In this document: positions 18,555-26,962 of the stretch, in pieces
How positions within the stretch are numbered: the stretch's first letter is position 1
Layout: each line of letters begins with the position of its first letter
IMG/VR virus record: IMGVR_UViG_3300045988_119743
From: a virus
Strand: one strand, 5' to 3'
DNA length: 64,000 bases
Notes under the pieces: generated by a model
Told to the model about the DNA's origin: nothing
The model's input: the letters and a program-made list of their open reading frames with translations, nothing else
The model's database searches: none
Program-made: the position numbers and the translations under genes

Positions 18555-19087
18555 GAGGCGAAATTTGTCCTTATTGCGGAAGAGAAACTGAGCTGGTAAA
18601 TGCCGATAAAATATATAGCAGAAAAGGCTTAGGGATGGTTATGATGTGTAAACCATGCAATGCTTATGTCGGTGTTCATGAATCAGGGCCGAATAAGGGA
18701 AAAGCTAAAGGTCGGCTTGCGGGGCCATCACTGAGGTCTCTTAAGATAAGAGTCCATGCCGAACTTGACAGACTATGGTCTACGCCGGAGGAACGGGAAA
18801 GGATGTATAAAGATTTATCTGAATTTCTCTCTATACCGGAAGAGTACACACATATAGGTATGTTCGGAGAGAAGACGATGGGAAAAGTCTTTCAGTTCTG
18901 TCATGTAAACAAAGAACGATCAGGTTCGAGAATAGAATGGCATAAACCTGGAGATAAGTGTCCTAATAAAAACAATCAAATAATATCAGGAAGTAGCGCA
19001 TGTAGAGGATGTCCTGAGTATCTTCATGATGAGAAAGACGGATATGTCTGGTGTGATCCTGATATGAGCTACGGCAGGTTGAAATAG
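18521..19087 (+). CDS. hypothetical zinc-finger protein
   Basis: CPYCGRE...CKPCN motifs; 188 aa. Confidence 0.45.
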   Translation: MELNERQQRVLRGEICPYCGRETELVNADKIYSRKGLGMVMMCKPCNAYVGVHESGPNKGKAKGRLAGPSLRSLKIRVHAELDRLWSTPEERERMYKDLSEFLSIPEEYTHIGMFGEKTMGKVFQFCHVNKERSGSRIEWHKPGDKCPNKNNQIISGSSACRGCPEYLHDEKDGYVWCDPDMSYGRLK

Positions 19088-19088
19088 G

Positions 19089-19415
19089 ATGCGAATTGCC
19101 TATCTTTGTGCTATTATTAATCAAAAATGTAAGAAGATGGGCAGATCAACAGAGTACTACAGGACTCATCCCGAAGCCAGGAAGAAAAAGGCTAAAAAGG
19201 ACAAGGAGATAAATGCCAGACCGGAGCAGAAAGCCAAACGCCGGGAACTTGGTCGTAAGAATTATGAAACAGACAAGAAGAAGGGCAAAGGCTGGAGGAA
19301 AGGCAAGGATTGTTCTCATACCAAGAACGGTCTTAGGTATAAATCAGTAAAAGCTAATAGGGGATCCAAATCGGATACAAAAGGTGACAAAAATGCACGA
19401 GGAGATAGCAAATAG
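19089..19415 (+). CDS. highly basic Lys/Arg-rich small protein (possible nucleic-acid-binding/histone-like)
   Basis: KKAKKDKEINARPEQKAKRRELGRKNYETDKKKGKGWRKGKD...; a likely alternative start is MGRST at ~19137. Overlaps the helicase start by 32 nt. Confidence 0.4.
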   Translation: MRIAYLCAIINQKCKKMGRSTEYYRTHPEARKKKAKKDKEINARPEQKAKRRELGRKNYETDKKKGKGWRKGKDCSHTKNGLRYKSVKANRGSKSDTKGDKNARGDSK

Positions 19416-20517
19416 GATAGATATTAGAAGGATATTCAAAACCTCTAAACAGGTTATGGAAGAGGCGTATGAGAATATCTTGAAATACAGGCGGGGAGAG
19501 CTTATCCCCGCTAAAACCGGATACGATTATATTGATGAGGCTTTGCTTGGAGGTATTTTCCCTCAGCACGCTATTGCCATAGGAGCCCGGCCATCTGTAG
19601 GTAAATCGTATGTGGCCCAAAAGATATTGGAAAATGTGATGAATCCGATGATCAACCCGCAGGCAGAAGATTATTTTCTTGTTAATTGCGAGTTCGAAAT
19701 GAATCCTCAGGATCTTCTTCTTCGCAGAATGAGCCAGGATATGAAAAAGCGGGCTCCTGAAATATTAAGAAGGCAAGATTCTAATACAGTAGAAGAGATG
19801 AGGATGTTTGAAATCCTTCAAGGTGAAATCAGAAATAATATAATATACATAGATGCTCCATGTACGGTAAAAGAGTTTGAGGCGGCTGTGTATCATATAG
19901 CTACCAAGCACAAAGACAAACGTCTTATAATATTTAAAGTCGATCATATTGCTTTAATAAAAAGAATGGGATTAGATCCCAAGTCGGCTATAGATGATTT
20001 GGTGGCGGTTATGAATGAGGCTAAATTAGTATATAAAAACATATTTTTCCTCATTATATCCCAATTCAACAGAGAGATAGAAGGAAGGATAAAAAGCCCA
20101 CAAGAGCAGCCGCCTCGTCTTTCTGATTTTTACCAGTCTGATACACTGGGTCAATTATGTACGTTGATGATAGGTTTGCATAATCCTCGTCGGTACGGGC
20201 TGGATAAGTATATGATATTTGGAAAAGACTGGTATCAGACTCTTGATAGGTTTAAAACTGAAAACAAAACGTCATTCAGGACAGCCGGACTGGTGTTTCA
20301 TCATATACTGAAGGTAAGGCAAGTTAGTATGGAAGAGCTTACTAACACAATCCACCCAGAGATTCTGCCGGGGCATGGATGGATGTACGGGGAGGGAGGG
20401 ACGAAGTTCGTGAACCCCAACCAGCCGCCGACGCCGCCCAAGCTCTATACCGTGGAAGACGTTACGGACAATCAGGAACAAGAACAAGAGACAAAAGAAG
20501 AACAGTCATTGTATTAA
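19384..20517 (+). CDS. DnaB-like replicative DNA helicase (RecA-fold C-terminal domain)
   Basis: TGYDYIDEALLGGIFPQHAIAIGARPSVGKS (Walker A) and IISQFNREIEGR (the DnaB SQLNR-type motif). Confidence 0.65.
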   Translation: MTKMHEEIANRIDIRRIFKTSKQVMEEAYENILKYRRGELIPAKTGYDYIDEALLGGIFPQHAIAIGARPSVGKSYVAQKILENVMNPMINPQAEDYFLVNCEFEMNPQDLLLRRMSQDMKKRAPEILRRQDSNTVEEMRMFEILQGEIRNNIIYIDAPCTVKEFEAAVYHIATKHKDKRLIIFKVDHIALIKRMGLDPKSAIDDLVAVMNEAKLVYKNIFFLIISQFNREIEGRIKSPQEQPPRLSDFYQSDTLGQLCTLMIGLHNPRRYGLDKYMIFGKDWYQTLDRFKTENKTSFRTAGLVFHHILKVRQVSMEELTNTIHPEILPGHGWMYGEGGTKFVNPNQPPTPPKLYTVEDVTDNQEQEQETKEEQSLY

Positions 20518-20532
20518 AAAAAAATAAGAACC

Positions 20533-21135
20533 ATGAGACTGACAGTAGAAGAAAACGAATACCTGATAAGTAAGTTCCTTTTGGTTCTTACTGAATTTGC
20601 AGGGGATGAAAGAGAGATGTTTTTAATCAACTCCATACATGATAAGGCGGTGGCGGATATGAATTATCGTCTTCCGTCTTTAATAAGCAGAGAACGTAAA
20701 AGACGAGTTATTGAGCTCCTTAAAGAAGGAACCAGAATAATCAAGGACTTTTCCGGCTATGCAGGTGATATGGGTATGATTAACGAATACGATCGCCTAA
20801 AGAAAGAAATAGGTACCGTCCAAGACCAGCTTGGTGACGTAGAAGGTCAACTTCGGGCAGCAGGAGAAGTTATTAAAAAAGAACTTGATATGATTGCTGA
20901 TAGAATCAAAGAAGACCTCCTCGACCGGGAGCTGGCTAAAAGTAATGCCGAGGCTGAAAGAAAAGCCAAAGTAGATCCGAGATACGAAGTAGCTTTAGGT
21001 GATTACAAGGAGATGCTGGAAGTGATTTTTACAACCAGAAACAAGTATTCTACGGTAGATTCTGTACATGACGATCTTCGACAGTCGGTATCTACCGGTA
21101 GAAATTCGATTATTAAAGAAGGGTACAACAGTTAA
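20533..21135 (+). CDS. hypothetical coiled-coil protein
   Basis: 200-aa ORF, charged and helical. Confidence 0.45.
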   Translation: MRLTVEENEYLISKFLLVLTEFAGDEREMFLINSIHDKAVADMNYRLPSLISRERKRRVIELLKEGTRIIKDFSGYAGDMGMINEYDRLKKEIGTVQDQLGDVEGQLRAAGEVIKKELDMIADRIKEDLLDRELAKSNAEAERKAKVDPRYEVALGDYKEMLEVIFTTRNKYSTVDSVHDDLRQSVSTGRNSIIKEGYNS

Positions 21136-21150
21136 AAACAAGGAGGGAAT

Positions 21151-21348
21151 ATGGAAAAGAAGGAATTTAAAGTAGGAGAAGTATTTACTGCCGGACTTGT
21201 AAGATTAAAATGTGTGGAAGGTGATACATGCGATAGGTGTATATTCGAAGATTACGATTCTTGTTCATGTACAGACATAATTATTGGTCCATGTGGACAT
21301 GTTGATAGACGAGATAACAAGAATGTTATTTTTATTAAAGCTGATTAA
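21151..21348 (+). CDS. hypothetical small Cys-rich protein
   Basis: 65 aa with CxxC...C...C. Confidence 0.3.
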   Translation: MEKKEFKVGEVFTAGLVRLKCVEGDTCDRCIFEDYDSCSCTDIIIGPCGHVDRRDNKNVIFIKAD

Positions 21349-21350
21349 GA

Positions 21351-22064
21351 ATGTACATCAATTTCAGACAACTTGCAGCATCAGACATGACTCCTAATGA
21401 TCTTGCCAATCTTCTTGCCATAAGACAGAAGGATTCGGTTATGATCGAAGCTATGCCGGAAGAAGATGCTGGGAGGTATATAGAGCTTGGCCTGGTTGAG
21501 AAATTAAAATCAGGCGTGATGAGATTGACCAACAAGGGAACGTCTTTTGTGAATTATATAGAGACACCGGAAATGACAGACGAGGTTCTGGAAACGTTGA
21601 AGATTATGATAGGAATGTACGAATCATATTCAAAAGACATAGGTGTCAGCAGAAAAGAAGCAGAATCCAGATTGTGTTGGTTTATGGGTAACACCTCATT
21701 CAAGAAAGAGGTCATACTTCAGGTAACGGAATCTTATATAGCAGAGTCAGGAGATTATACAATGAGCTTATGTAACTTCATATGGAAACCGCCTTCTCAA
21801 GCTTTTTCAGTTCATATGAACCTTAAAAATTCAAAGCTCTTTGAATTAATAGCTGAAAAATTTAAGATCGCTACCGAGCCTTATTTGGAGTCTAAGAAGA
21901 ATAAGGAAATGGATTGGTTGTTTGCCGTATCTAAATTGCCTACGCCTCCGGCTAAAGGCAATCCGGATTATTTGTTTACCGGAAGTTCTGAAACAGACAA
22001 AGAGCGATTGAAAAACATAAAAACGTATTTATTTAACAAAATTAGAAAGCAATGGAAAAAGTAA
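21351..22064 (+). CDS. hypothetical protein, first gene of the ACP/NfeD/flotillin cluster
   Basis: 237 aa; overlaps the ACP gene start by 13 nt, so they are probably co-transcribed. Confidence 0.5.
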   Translation: MYINFRQLAASDMTPNDLANLLAIRQKDSVMIEAMPEEDAGRYIELGLVEKLKSGVMRLTNKGTSFVNYIETPEMTDEVLETLKIMIGMYESYSKDIGVSRKEAESRLCWFMGNTSFKKEVILQVTESYIAESGDYTMSLCNFIWKPPSQAFSVHMNLKNSKLFELIAEKFKIATEPYLESKKNKEMDWLFAVSKLPTPPAKGNPDYLFTGSSETDKERLKNIKTYLFNKIRKQWKK

Positions 22065-22303
22065 GAATCAGAAAGATAATAGAGGATATAATTATTACTC
22101 AGTTTCTTAATTCGGAAATAGATATAATTCATGAAGAAGATGTGACGTTTAAAGAACTTGGATTAGATTCTGTTGATCAAATTGAACTGGAAGTGATGGT
22201 GGAACAAAAATTCAATATTGTTATTATTGATTATGATATGGAGACCATCAAAGATATGACTGATCTTGTTTACAAAATAATAACAGAAGGGTATGGGAAG
22301 TGA
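22052..22303 (+). CDS. acyl carrier protein-like (phosphopantetheine attachment site)
   Basis: 83 aa; LGLDSVDQIELEVMVEQKFNIVI matches the ACP L-G-x-D-S-L-D...E-L consensus around the phosphopantetheinylated Ser; acidic overall. Confidence 0.65.
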   Translation: MEKVRIRKIIEDIIITQFLNSEIDIIHEEDVTFKELGLDSVDQIELEVMVEQKFNIVIIDYDMETIKDMTDLVYKIITEGYGK

Positions 22304-22787
22304 CATAATTTTATGCATGGCTTTAATAGCGTCATTTGCTTTTGTTATACAGTTTTTGTTGTCGATATTAGGATCTGATCTGGATACGGATATTGACATT
22401 GACAGTGCTTCTGATTTAAGCATGTCTTTGTCGGATATCATATCATTCAAGGGCATAACACATTTTATTCTTGGATATAGCTGGACTACCTACTTTTCGG
22501 GTTCCCATTTAGTAGGGGTTGTGATAGGGTCGTTTTTCTTTATCGTTTTGTTTTACGTATATAAGTTACTTCTTAAGTTAAAGCAAGAAATGGTGTACGA
22601 ATGTCCGGAAGATTTAAATGGAAGAGAAGTGGAGATAGTGTTTAGATCAGGGAAGAATCATTATATGGTAAATATTTCAAAAAATGGAAGACAGGAGCAA
22701 ATGAGAGTAAGATGCTTGTCTGGAAAAACCTACAAAAACGGTGACAAGGTGAATATAAAATATGAAGAAGGAGAATTAAGTATCTAA
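22293..22787 (+). CDS. NfeD/YqiJ-like membrane protein (short NfeD, C-terminal OB-fold)
   Basis: Three N-terminal hydrophobic helices, then a beta-rich GREVEIVFRSGKNHYMVNISKNGRQEQMRVRCLSGKTYKNGDKVNIKYEEG tail. Its position immediately upstream of a flotillin gene mirrors bacterial yqiJ-yqiK / nfeD-floT operons. Confidence 0.5.
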   Translation: MGSDIILCMALIASFAFVIQFLLSILGSDLDTDIDIDSASDLSMSLSDIISFKGITHFILGYSWTTYFSGSHLVGVVIGSFFFIVLFYVYKLLLKLKQEMVYECPEDLNGREVEIVFRSGKNHYMVNISKNGRQEQMRVRCLSGKTYKNGDKVNIKYEEGELSI

Positions 22788-22818
22788 TTTTTTTATCAAC
22801 AATTAAATTTTAAAAGTT

Positions 22819-24519
22819 ATGACAACAATCATGTACGTGTCAGCTATCTTAGCTGTAGTGATTATTTTGACAATCATCGGAGTCTTATCAAGGTATCGTA
22901 GATGTAAGCCTAATCAGGTCTTGGTCGTTTATGGTAAGACAGGTGGGGAAAAGAAATCGGCGAAATTATATCATGGTGGAGCGGCATTTGTCTTGCCTAT
23001 TATTCAAAGCTATGATGTTTTGTCAATGGAGCCTATGCAAATAGATTGCAAGCTTACCGGTGCTTTATCATCTCAGAATATTAGAGTAGATGTACCTACG
23101 ACCATTACAGTAGCTATCAGTACAAATCCCGAAATCATGCAAAATGCGGCAGAAAGACTTTTGGGGATGGATACCGAATCTACTGAAAATCTTATTACGG
23201 ACATTGTTTACGGTCAGATGCGTTTGATTATTGCTGAAATGACAATCGAAAAACTTAATTCTGACAGGGATGAGTTTTTGGATAAGGCAAGAAAGAACAT
23301 TGACAACGAGCTTAACAAGTTAGGTCTTTACCTCCTGAACATCAACATCAGTGACATCAGAGACGAAGCTGGTTATATTATGAACCTTGGTAAGGAGGCT
23401 GAAAGTAGGGCTCTGAACGAGGCACAGGCTAATATCGAAGAACAGGAGAAGCTGGGTGCTATTAAGATTGCTGTACAGCAGAAGGAGAAAGAAACGGCTG
23501 TGGCTAATACCAAAAAAGAGCAAGAGATTCAAATTGCTTGTACTGAAAAAGAAAAGGAAACGATAGTAGCTGAAACGAAGAAAGAAAAAGAAATAGCCTT
23601 GGCTTTAACCGATAAAGAAAAACAGATCGGCGTAGCTCAAGCAGATAGAGACAGGGCTGCGGTTATCGCAAAAACTTTAACCGACAAGGAATCGGCGATT
23701 GTAAGATCTAAGGCAGAACTTGAAGTAAATAAAGCCGAGGCTGAAAGGATGGAAGAAGTCGGAAAGAATAAGGCTGAAGCTGACAAGGAAGCAGCTATAG
23801 CAATACAAGACTCTGAAGCTCAGATTAAGAAGGCTGAGGCTGAGAAAAATGCGTCTATAGGATACAACAATGCCCAGAAGGAGGTTGCTGTGTCAGTATC
23901 AGAACTACAGATCATCAAAGCTCAATCAGAGAAGAAGGCCGGAGAAGAAAAAGTTAAATCGGAAGCGGCTGTAAAAACAGCAAAAGAGCTTGCCGACAAA
24001 GAAGTGGAAGAAGCTAAGGCTAAGAAAGTTCAGGCTGCGCTTAAGGCTGAAAAGATTGTGCCGGCTGAAACCCAGAAGGAAGAGGCTATATTACAAGCTG
24101 ATGCTGAGGCAGAGAAGATCAAACGCCGGGCTGAGGCAGAGGCAGCAGCACATTTGGCAAAAGCTGAGGCGGAGGCAAAAGCTATTCAGATGAAGCTGGA
24201 GGCAGAAGCCGAAGGTAAGAAAAAGTCGTTGATGGCAGAAGCCGACGGATTTAAGGCTATGGTGGAAGCAGCAGAATCCAATCCTCAGATAGCCATCCAG
24301 TACAAGATGGTTAATCAGTGGAAAGAAATTGCTGGAGAACAGGTTAAGGCGTTCGAGCACATTAACCTCGGAAATATCACGGTATTTGACGGCGGTCAGA
24401 ACAGTACCGGTAATTTCCTTAACAATGTTGTTAAGACCGTTGCTCCGGCATTGGGAGTCATTGATCAGCTTCCGATTGCAGATACTTTAAAGAAGTTAAA
24501 AGGAGATGACAAAAAATAA
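22819..24519 (+). CDS. flotillin-like SPFH/Band-7 protein (YqiK/FloT family)
   Basis: N-terminal TM; an SPFH domain (PNQVLVVYGK...GGAAFVLPIIQ...NIRVDV...NAAERLLGMD...IAEMTIEKLNSDRDEF...GLYLLNINISDIRDEAGYIMNLG); then ~250 aa of EA/K-rich coiled coil with repeated KEKE motifs and the typical C-terminal region. Confidence 0.8.
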   Translation: MTTIMYVSAILAVVIILTIIGVLSRYRRCKPNQVLVVYGKTGGEKKSAKLYHGGAAFVLPIIQSYDVLSMEPMQIDCKLTGALSSQNIRVDVPTTITVAISTNPEIMQNAAERLLGMDTESTENLITDIVYGQMRLIIAEMTIEKLNSDRDEFLDKARKNIDNELNKLGLYLLNINISDIRDEAGYIMNLGKEAESRALNEAQANIEEQEKLGAIKIAVQQKEKETAVANTKKEQEIQIACTEKEKETIVAETKKEKEIALALTDKEKQIGVAQADRDRAAVIAKTLTDKESAIVRSKAELEVNKAEAERMEEVGKNKAEADKEAAIAIQDSEAQIKKAEAEKNASIGYNNAQKEVAVSVSELQIIKAQSEKKAGEEKVKSEAAVKTAKELADKEVEEAKAKKVQAALKAEKIVPAETQKEEAILQADAEAEKIKRRAEAEAAAHLAKAEAEAKAIQMKLEAEAEGKKKSLMAEADGFKAMVEAAESNPQIAIQYKMVNQWKEIAGEQVKAFEHINLGNITVFDGGQNSTGNFLNNVVKTVAPALGVIDQLPIADTLKKLKGDDKK

Positions 24520-24619
24520 ATACAATGGCCCAAGGTTACACTTGGGCCTAATTGAAGAAGCAAAAGCAGCATTTATAGATTTCATGCCAGCAGGAATAGT
24601 GATTTTTAGTGCTTTATTG

Positions 24620-24660
24620 ATTAATATATTTTTAATATGTATTAATATATTTTTAATATG
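24620..24660. repeat. tandem direct repeat, 2 x 20 nt (ATTAATATATTTTTAATATG) separated by a single T
   Basis: Exact copies at 24620-24639 and 24641-24660, in the intergenic gap after the flotillin gene. Confidence 0.6.
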
Positions 24661-24703
24661 GATTTTGGACAAGATTTAGAACCAGAAGAACTGACCGGAC
24701 ATT

Positions 24704-25063
24704 ATGATCAGTGTTATGGAATTGATTTTGAAACAGAAGAAGAGGAGGATGAAGAATATGACGGATGAGGAATTTGTATTGGATAATAAGAAAAAGGTTG
24801 TTGTAAGAAAAAGAATATCTTATTTAAACAAAGGGGATAAAGTGTGGATCGTGTCTTCCGACGGGTATCTGCTACACACGGACGTGGTTAGAGCCGAACG
24901 CGGACGGTCTTATGTGGATATAGACGGTATCCTGTATTGGAAACGAGGATTGGATGGCAAGCATCGTAATCGTAATAACTACATGCAGTTCGCCATGACG
25001 CCGGAGGACGGTAAGAAGTATGTCGTATATTACCCGGAAGGATTTAAAGACAATGACTTATGA
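24704..25063 (+). CDS. hypothetical protein
   Basis: 119 aa; the probable true start is the ATG at ~24758 (MTDEEF). Confidence 0.4.
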   Translation: MISVMELILKQKKRRMKNMTDEEFVLDNKKKVVVRKRISYLNKGDKVWIVSSDGYLLHTDVVRAERGRSYVDIDGILYWKRGLDGKHRNRNNYMQFAMTPEDGKKYVVYYPEGFKDNDL

Positions 25064-26079
25064 TGGTCCCGGAAACGCATTTGCTATATAAGGAGTTTAA
25101 TGGCGTGAAACGTCTTGCCATATCTTATTCCCAGATAGACACGTTTCTTACTTGTCCAATGAAATGGTATAAGACTTACGTAGAGGGCAAAAGGTCTACG
25201 GAAAAACAAGAAGCTACGTCTTATGGTACGGTTATCCATAAGACACTGGAATACTTCTTTAAGAACGGAAGACAGCCTTCTGGAAAAGACCTGGGGGAAG
25301 CTATAAGTTACTATGCTTACCAAGAAGACATACCTTGGCAATCACCGGAAAATATGATGATAGCCATGAAGCAATCCGGGGAGCTTCTTGCTTGGATTGT
25401 GGATCTGTTCAAAAAAGACGGCAATAGGTTTATGATAGCTGATAGTGATCTTAATCCCTGCGAGAAGCTTATCAGACACAGCGCTATAGTTGGAGTCGAA
25501 GAAGATTTTGTGCTGCCGTACCGTCTTCCTAAGCCTGTTAACATAAATGGAGTAATTCATACTCATGTGTACATAGTAGGATCGGTAGACCTTCATCTGG
25601 CTATAAAAAGCAAGAACGTAGTTCACCATTATGTCATAGATTGGAAATCAGGTAATAAGGTTTTTGATTCTAAGAAGTTGGAAACAAATTTACAGCATCC
25701 TATATATTCATTTTACATCTATAGAAGATATGGTGGGGTTCTACCAGATATGAACATCTATTTCTTTACCAGGACCAGGCAGTACCAAAAGGTTAAGGTA
25801 GATGAGGAACGTAAAACAAAATCTATAGAGATGCTAAATGACACTTTGTCTAAAATGTATGATTTTGAAGATAATAGTGTAAAATCATTTCAAGCGTACA
25901 TCCAGGGAGCAGAAGGAGCCAGGTATAGCAAGCGGCGTGCCACCCTAAGCCAGCCTGTTTCGCAAAACAAACTACCCTGCCCGTCGGCGCTGTGTTATTA
26001 TTGTGACTTTGGATTACATAACAAAAACGAATGCCCTTTCTCTTCAGATTGGGATCCGTCTAAAAAGATAAAACGATGA
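25060..26079 (+). CDS. Cas4/RecB-like PD-(D/E)XK nuclease with a putative Fe-S cysteine cluster
   Basis: N-terminal YSQIDTFLTCPMKWY; core GSVDLHL...VIDWKSGNK; C-terminal CPSALCYYCDFGLHNKNEC (C-x4-C-x2-C-x8-C). Confidence 0.6.
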   Translation: MMVPETHLLYKEFNGVKRLAISYSQIDTFLTCPMKWYKTYVEGKRSTEKQEATSYGTVIHKTLEYFFKNGRQPSGKDLGEAISYYAYQEDIPWQSPENMMIAMKQSGELLAWIVDLFKKDGNRFMIADSDLNPCEKLIRHSAIVGVEEDFVLPYRLPKPVNINGVIHTHVYIVGSVDLHLAIKSKNVVHHYVIDWKSGNKVFDSKKLETNLQHPIYSFYIYRRYGGVLPDMNIYFFTRTRQYQKVKVDEERKTKSIEMLNDTLSKMYDFEDNSVKSFQAYIQGAEGARYSKRRATLSQPVSQNKLPCPSALCYYCDFGLHNKNECPFSSDWDPSKKIKR

Positions 26080-26218
26080 AATACGAGGATGTTCAAAAGT
26101 TAAGAACGAAATACCGGCAAGATCCGGAAGTTATAAACGTAGAATACATGAGAGACGTTGCTGTAAGATGCGGGAATTTCAAGAAAGCGTTTGAGCTTCA
26201 GGAGAAGCTGGAGGATAT

Positions 26219-26569
26219 ATGGTTCAACTATTTAAAAGGAGTGTAATGAAAGAAGATCTAATATGTGGAGTAGCGATCCTTTTGTATTTAGTTTTATTAT
26301 ACTTACTCACGACAGCTTTCATAAAAACAGGTAGAGCAGTAGAGCGTTATAAGATGAAGAAGAAAACTGACAAAATCAAAGTAGGTCAAAGATACGAACA
26401 TAAGAGCTACTTTGAGGATCCATTTGAAAGAGGCAAGCATGTGATTAAGATATTAGACATAAAAGAAGGGTACGCTCTATATGAGTACGAAGAAAAACTA
26501 TATATACGTTCCTCTGTGAGTCTTGAAGATATTGCTAAAATATATGTTTTAATTACTGATATAAAATAA
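26219..26569 (+). CDS. small membrane protein
   Basis: 116 aa with an N-terminal hydrophobic helix. Confidence 0.35.
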   Translation: MVQLFKRSVMKEDLICGVAILLYLVLLYLLTTAFIKTGRAVERYKMKKKTDKIKVGQRYEHKSYFEDPFERGKHVIKILDIKEGYALYEYEEKLYIRSSVSLEDIAKIYVLITDIK

Positions 26570-26575
26570 GGGATT

Positions 26576-26962
26576 ATGGAAAAGAAAGTCACAATCAAAG
26601 AAGGAATGGATATTTTTTACAAAAATGCAGGGAAAGATATATGGGTCTATATTGGACTTTTTGGAAATAAAGTGCTATCCATTTTAAAAAACAAAGGTGT
26701 TATTGCATGCGAAAACGATGCTGAATATTGCGTGTTGATGGATGGAGAAGATCATTTTATAAGTATAGCAAAAGACATGAGTCACGACTATTGTTGTGAG
26801 TACGTTGTAGAAAGAGCAGAAGCCTACAGAGACTACCCCTCCAAAGGTGCTACATGCAGTGTATGCCTGTTTGAAGATAATGAGAATAAAGCAAGGGAGA
26901 TGTTGAAAGAGGCGATAATAGAACTTTCAAAAAATAATATAATAGATTGCGATGGGCTTTGA
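26576..26962 (+). CDS. hypothetical protein
   Basis: 128-aa ORF. Confidence 0.4.
   Translation: MEKKVTIKEGMDIFYKNAGKDIWVYIGLFGNKVLSILKNKGVIACENDAEYCVLMDGEDHFISIAKDMSHDYCCEYVVERAEAYRDYPSKGATCSVCLFEDNENKAREMLKEAIIELSKNNIIDCDGL

Noticed and set aside
20379-20573. 64-aa Arg-rich plus-strand ORF inside the helicase gene (other frame)
   Set aside because: It arises from a GC-rich island in the alternative frame; the helicase frame is continuous and motif-bearing.
24620-24660. CRISPR array
   Set aside because: There are only two repeat copies with a 1-nt spacer, and no cas genes apart from a Cas4-like recombination nuclease. No other regularly spaced repeats were seen.
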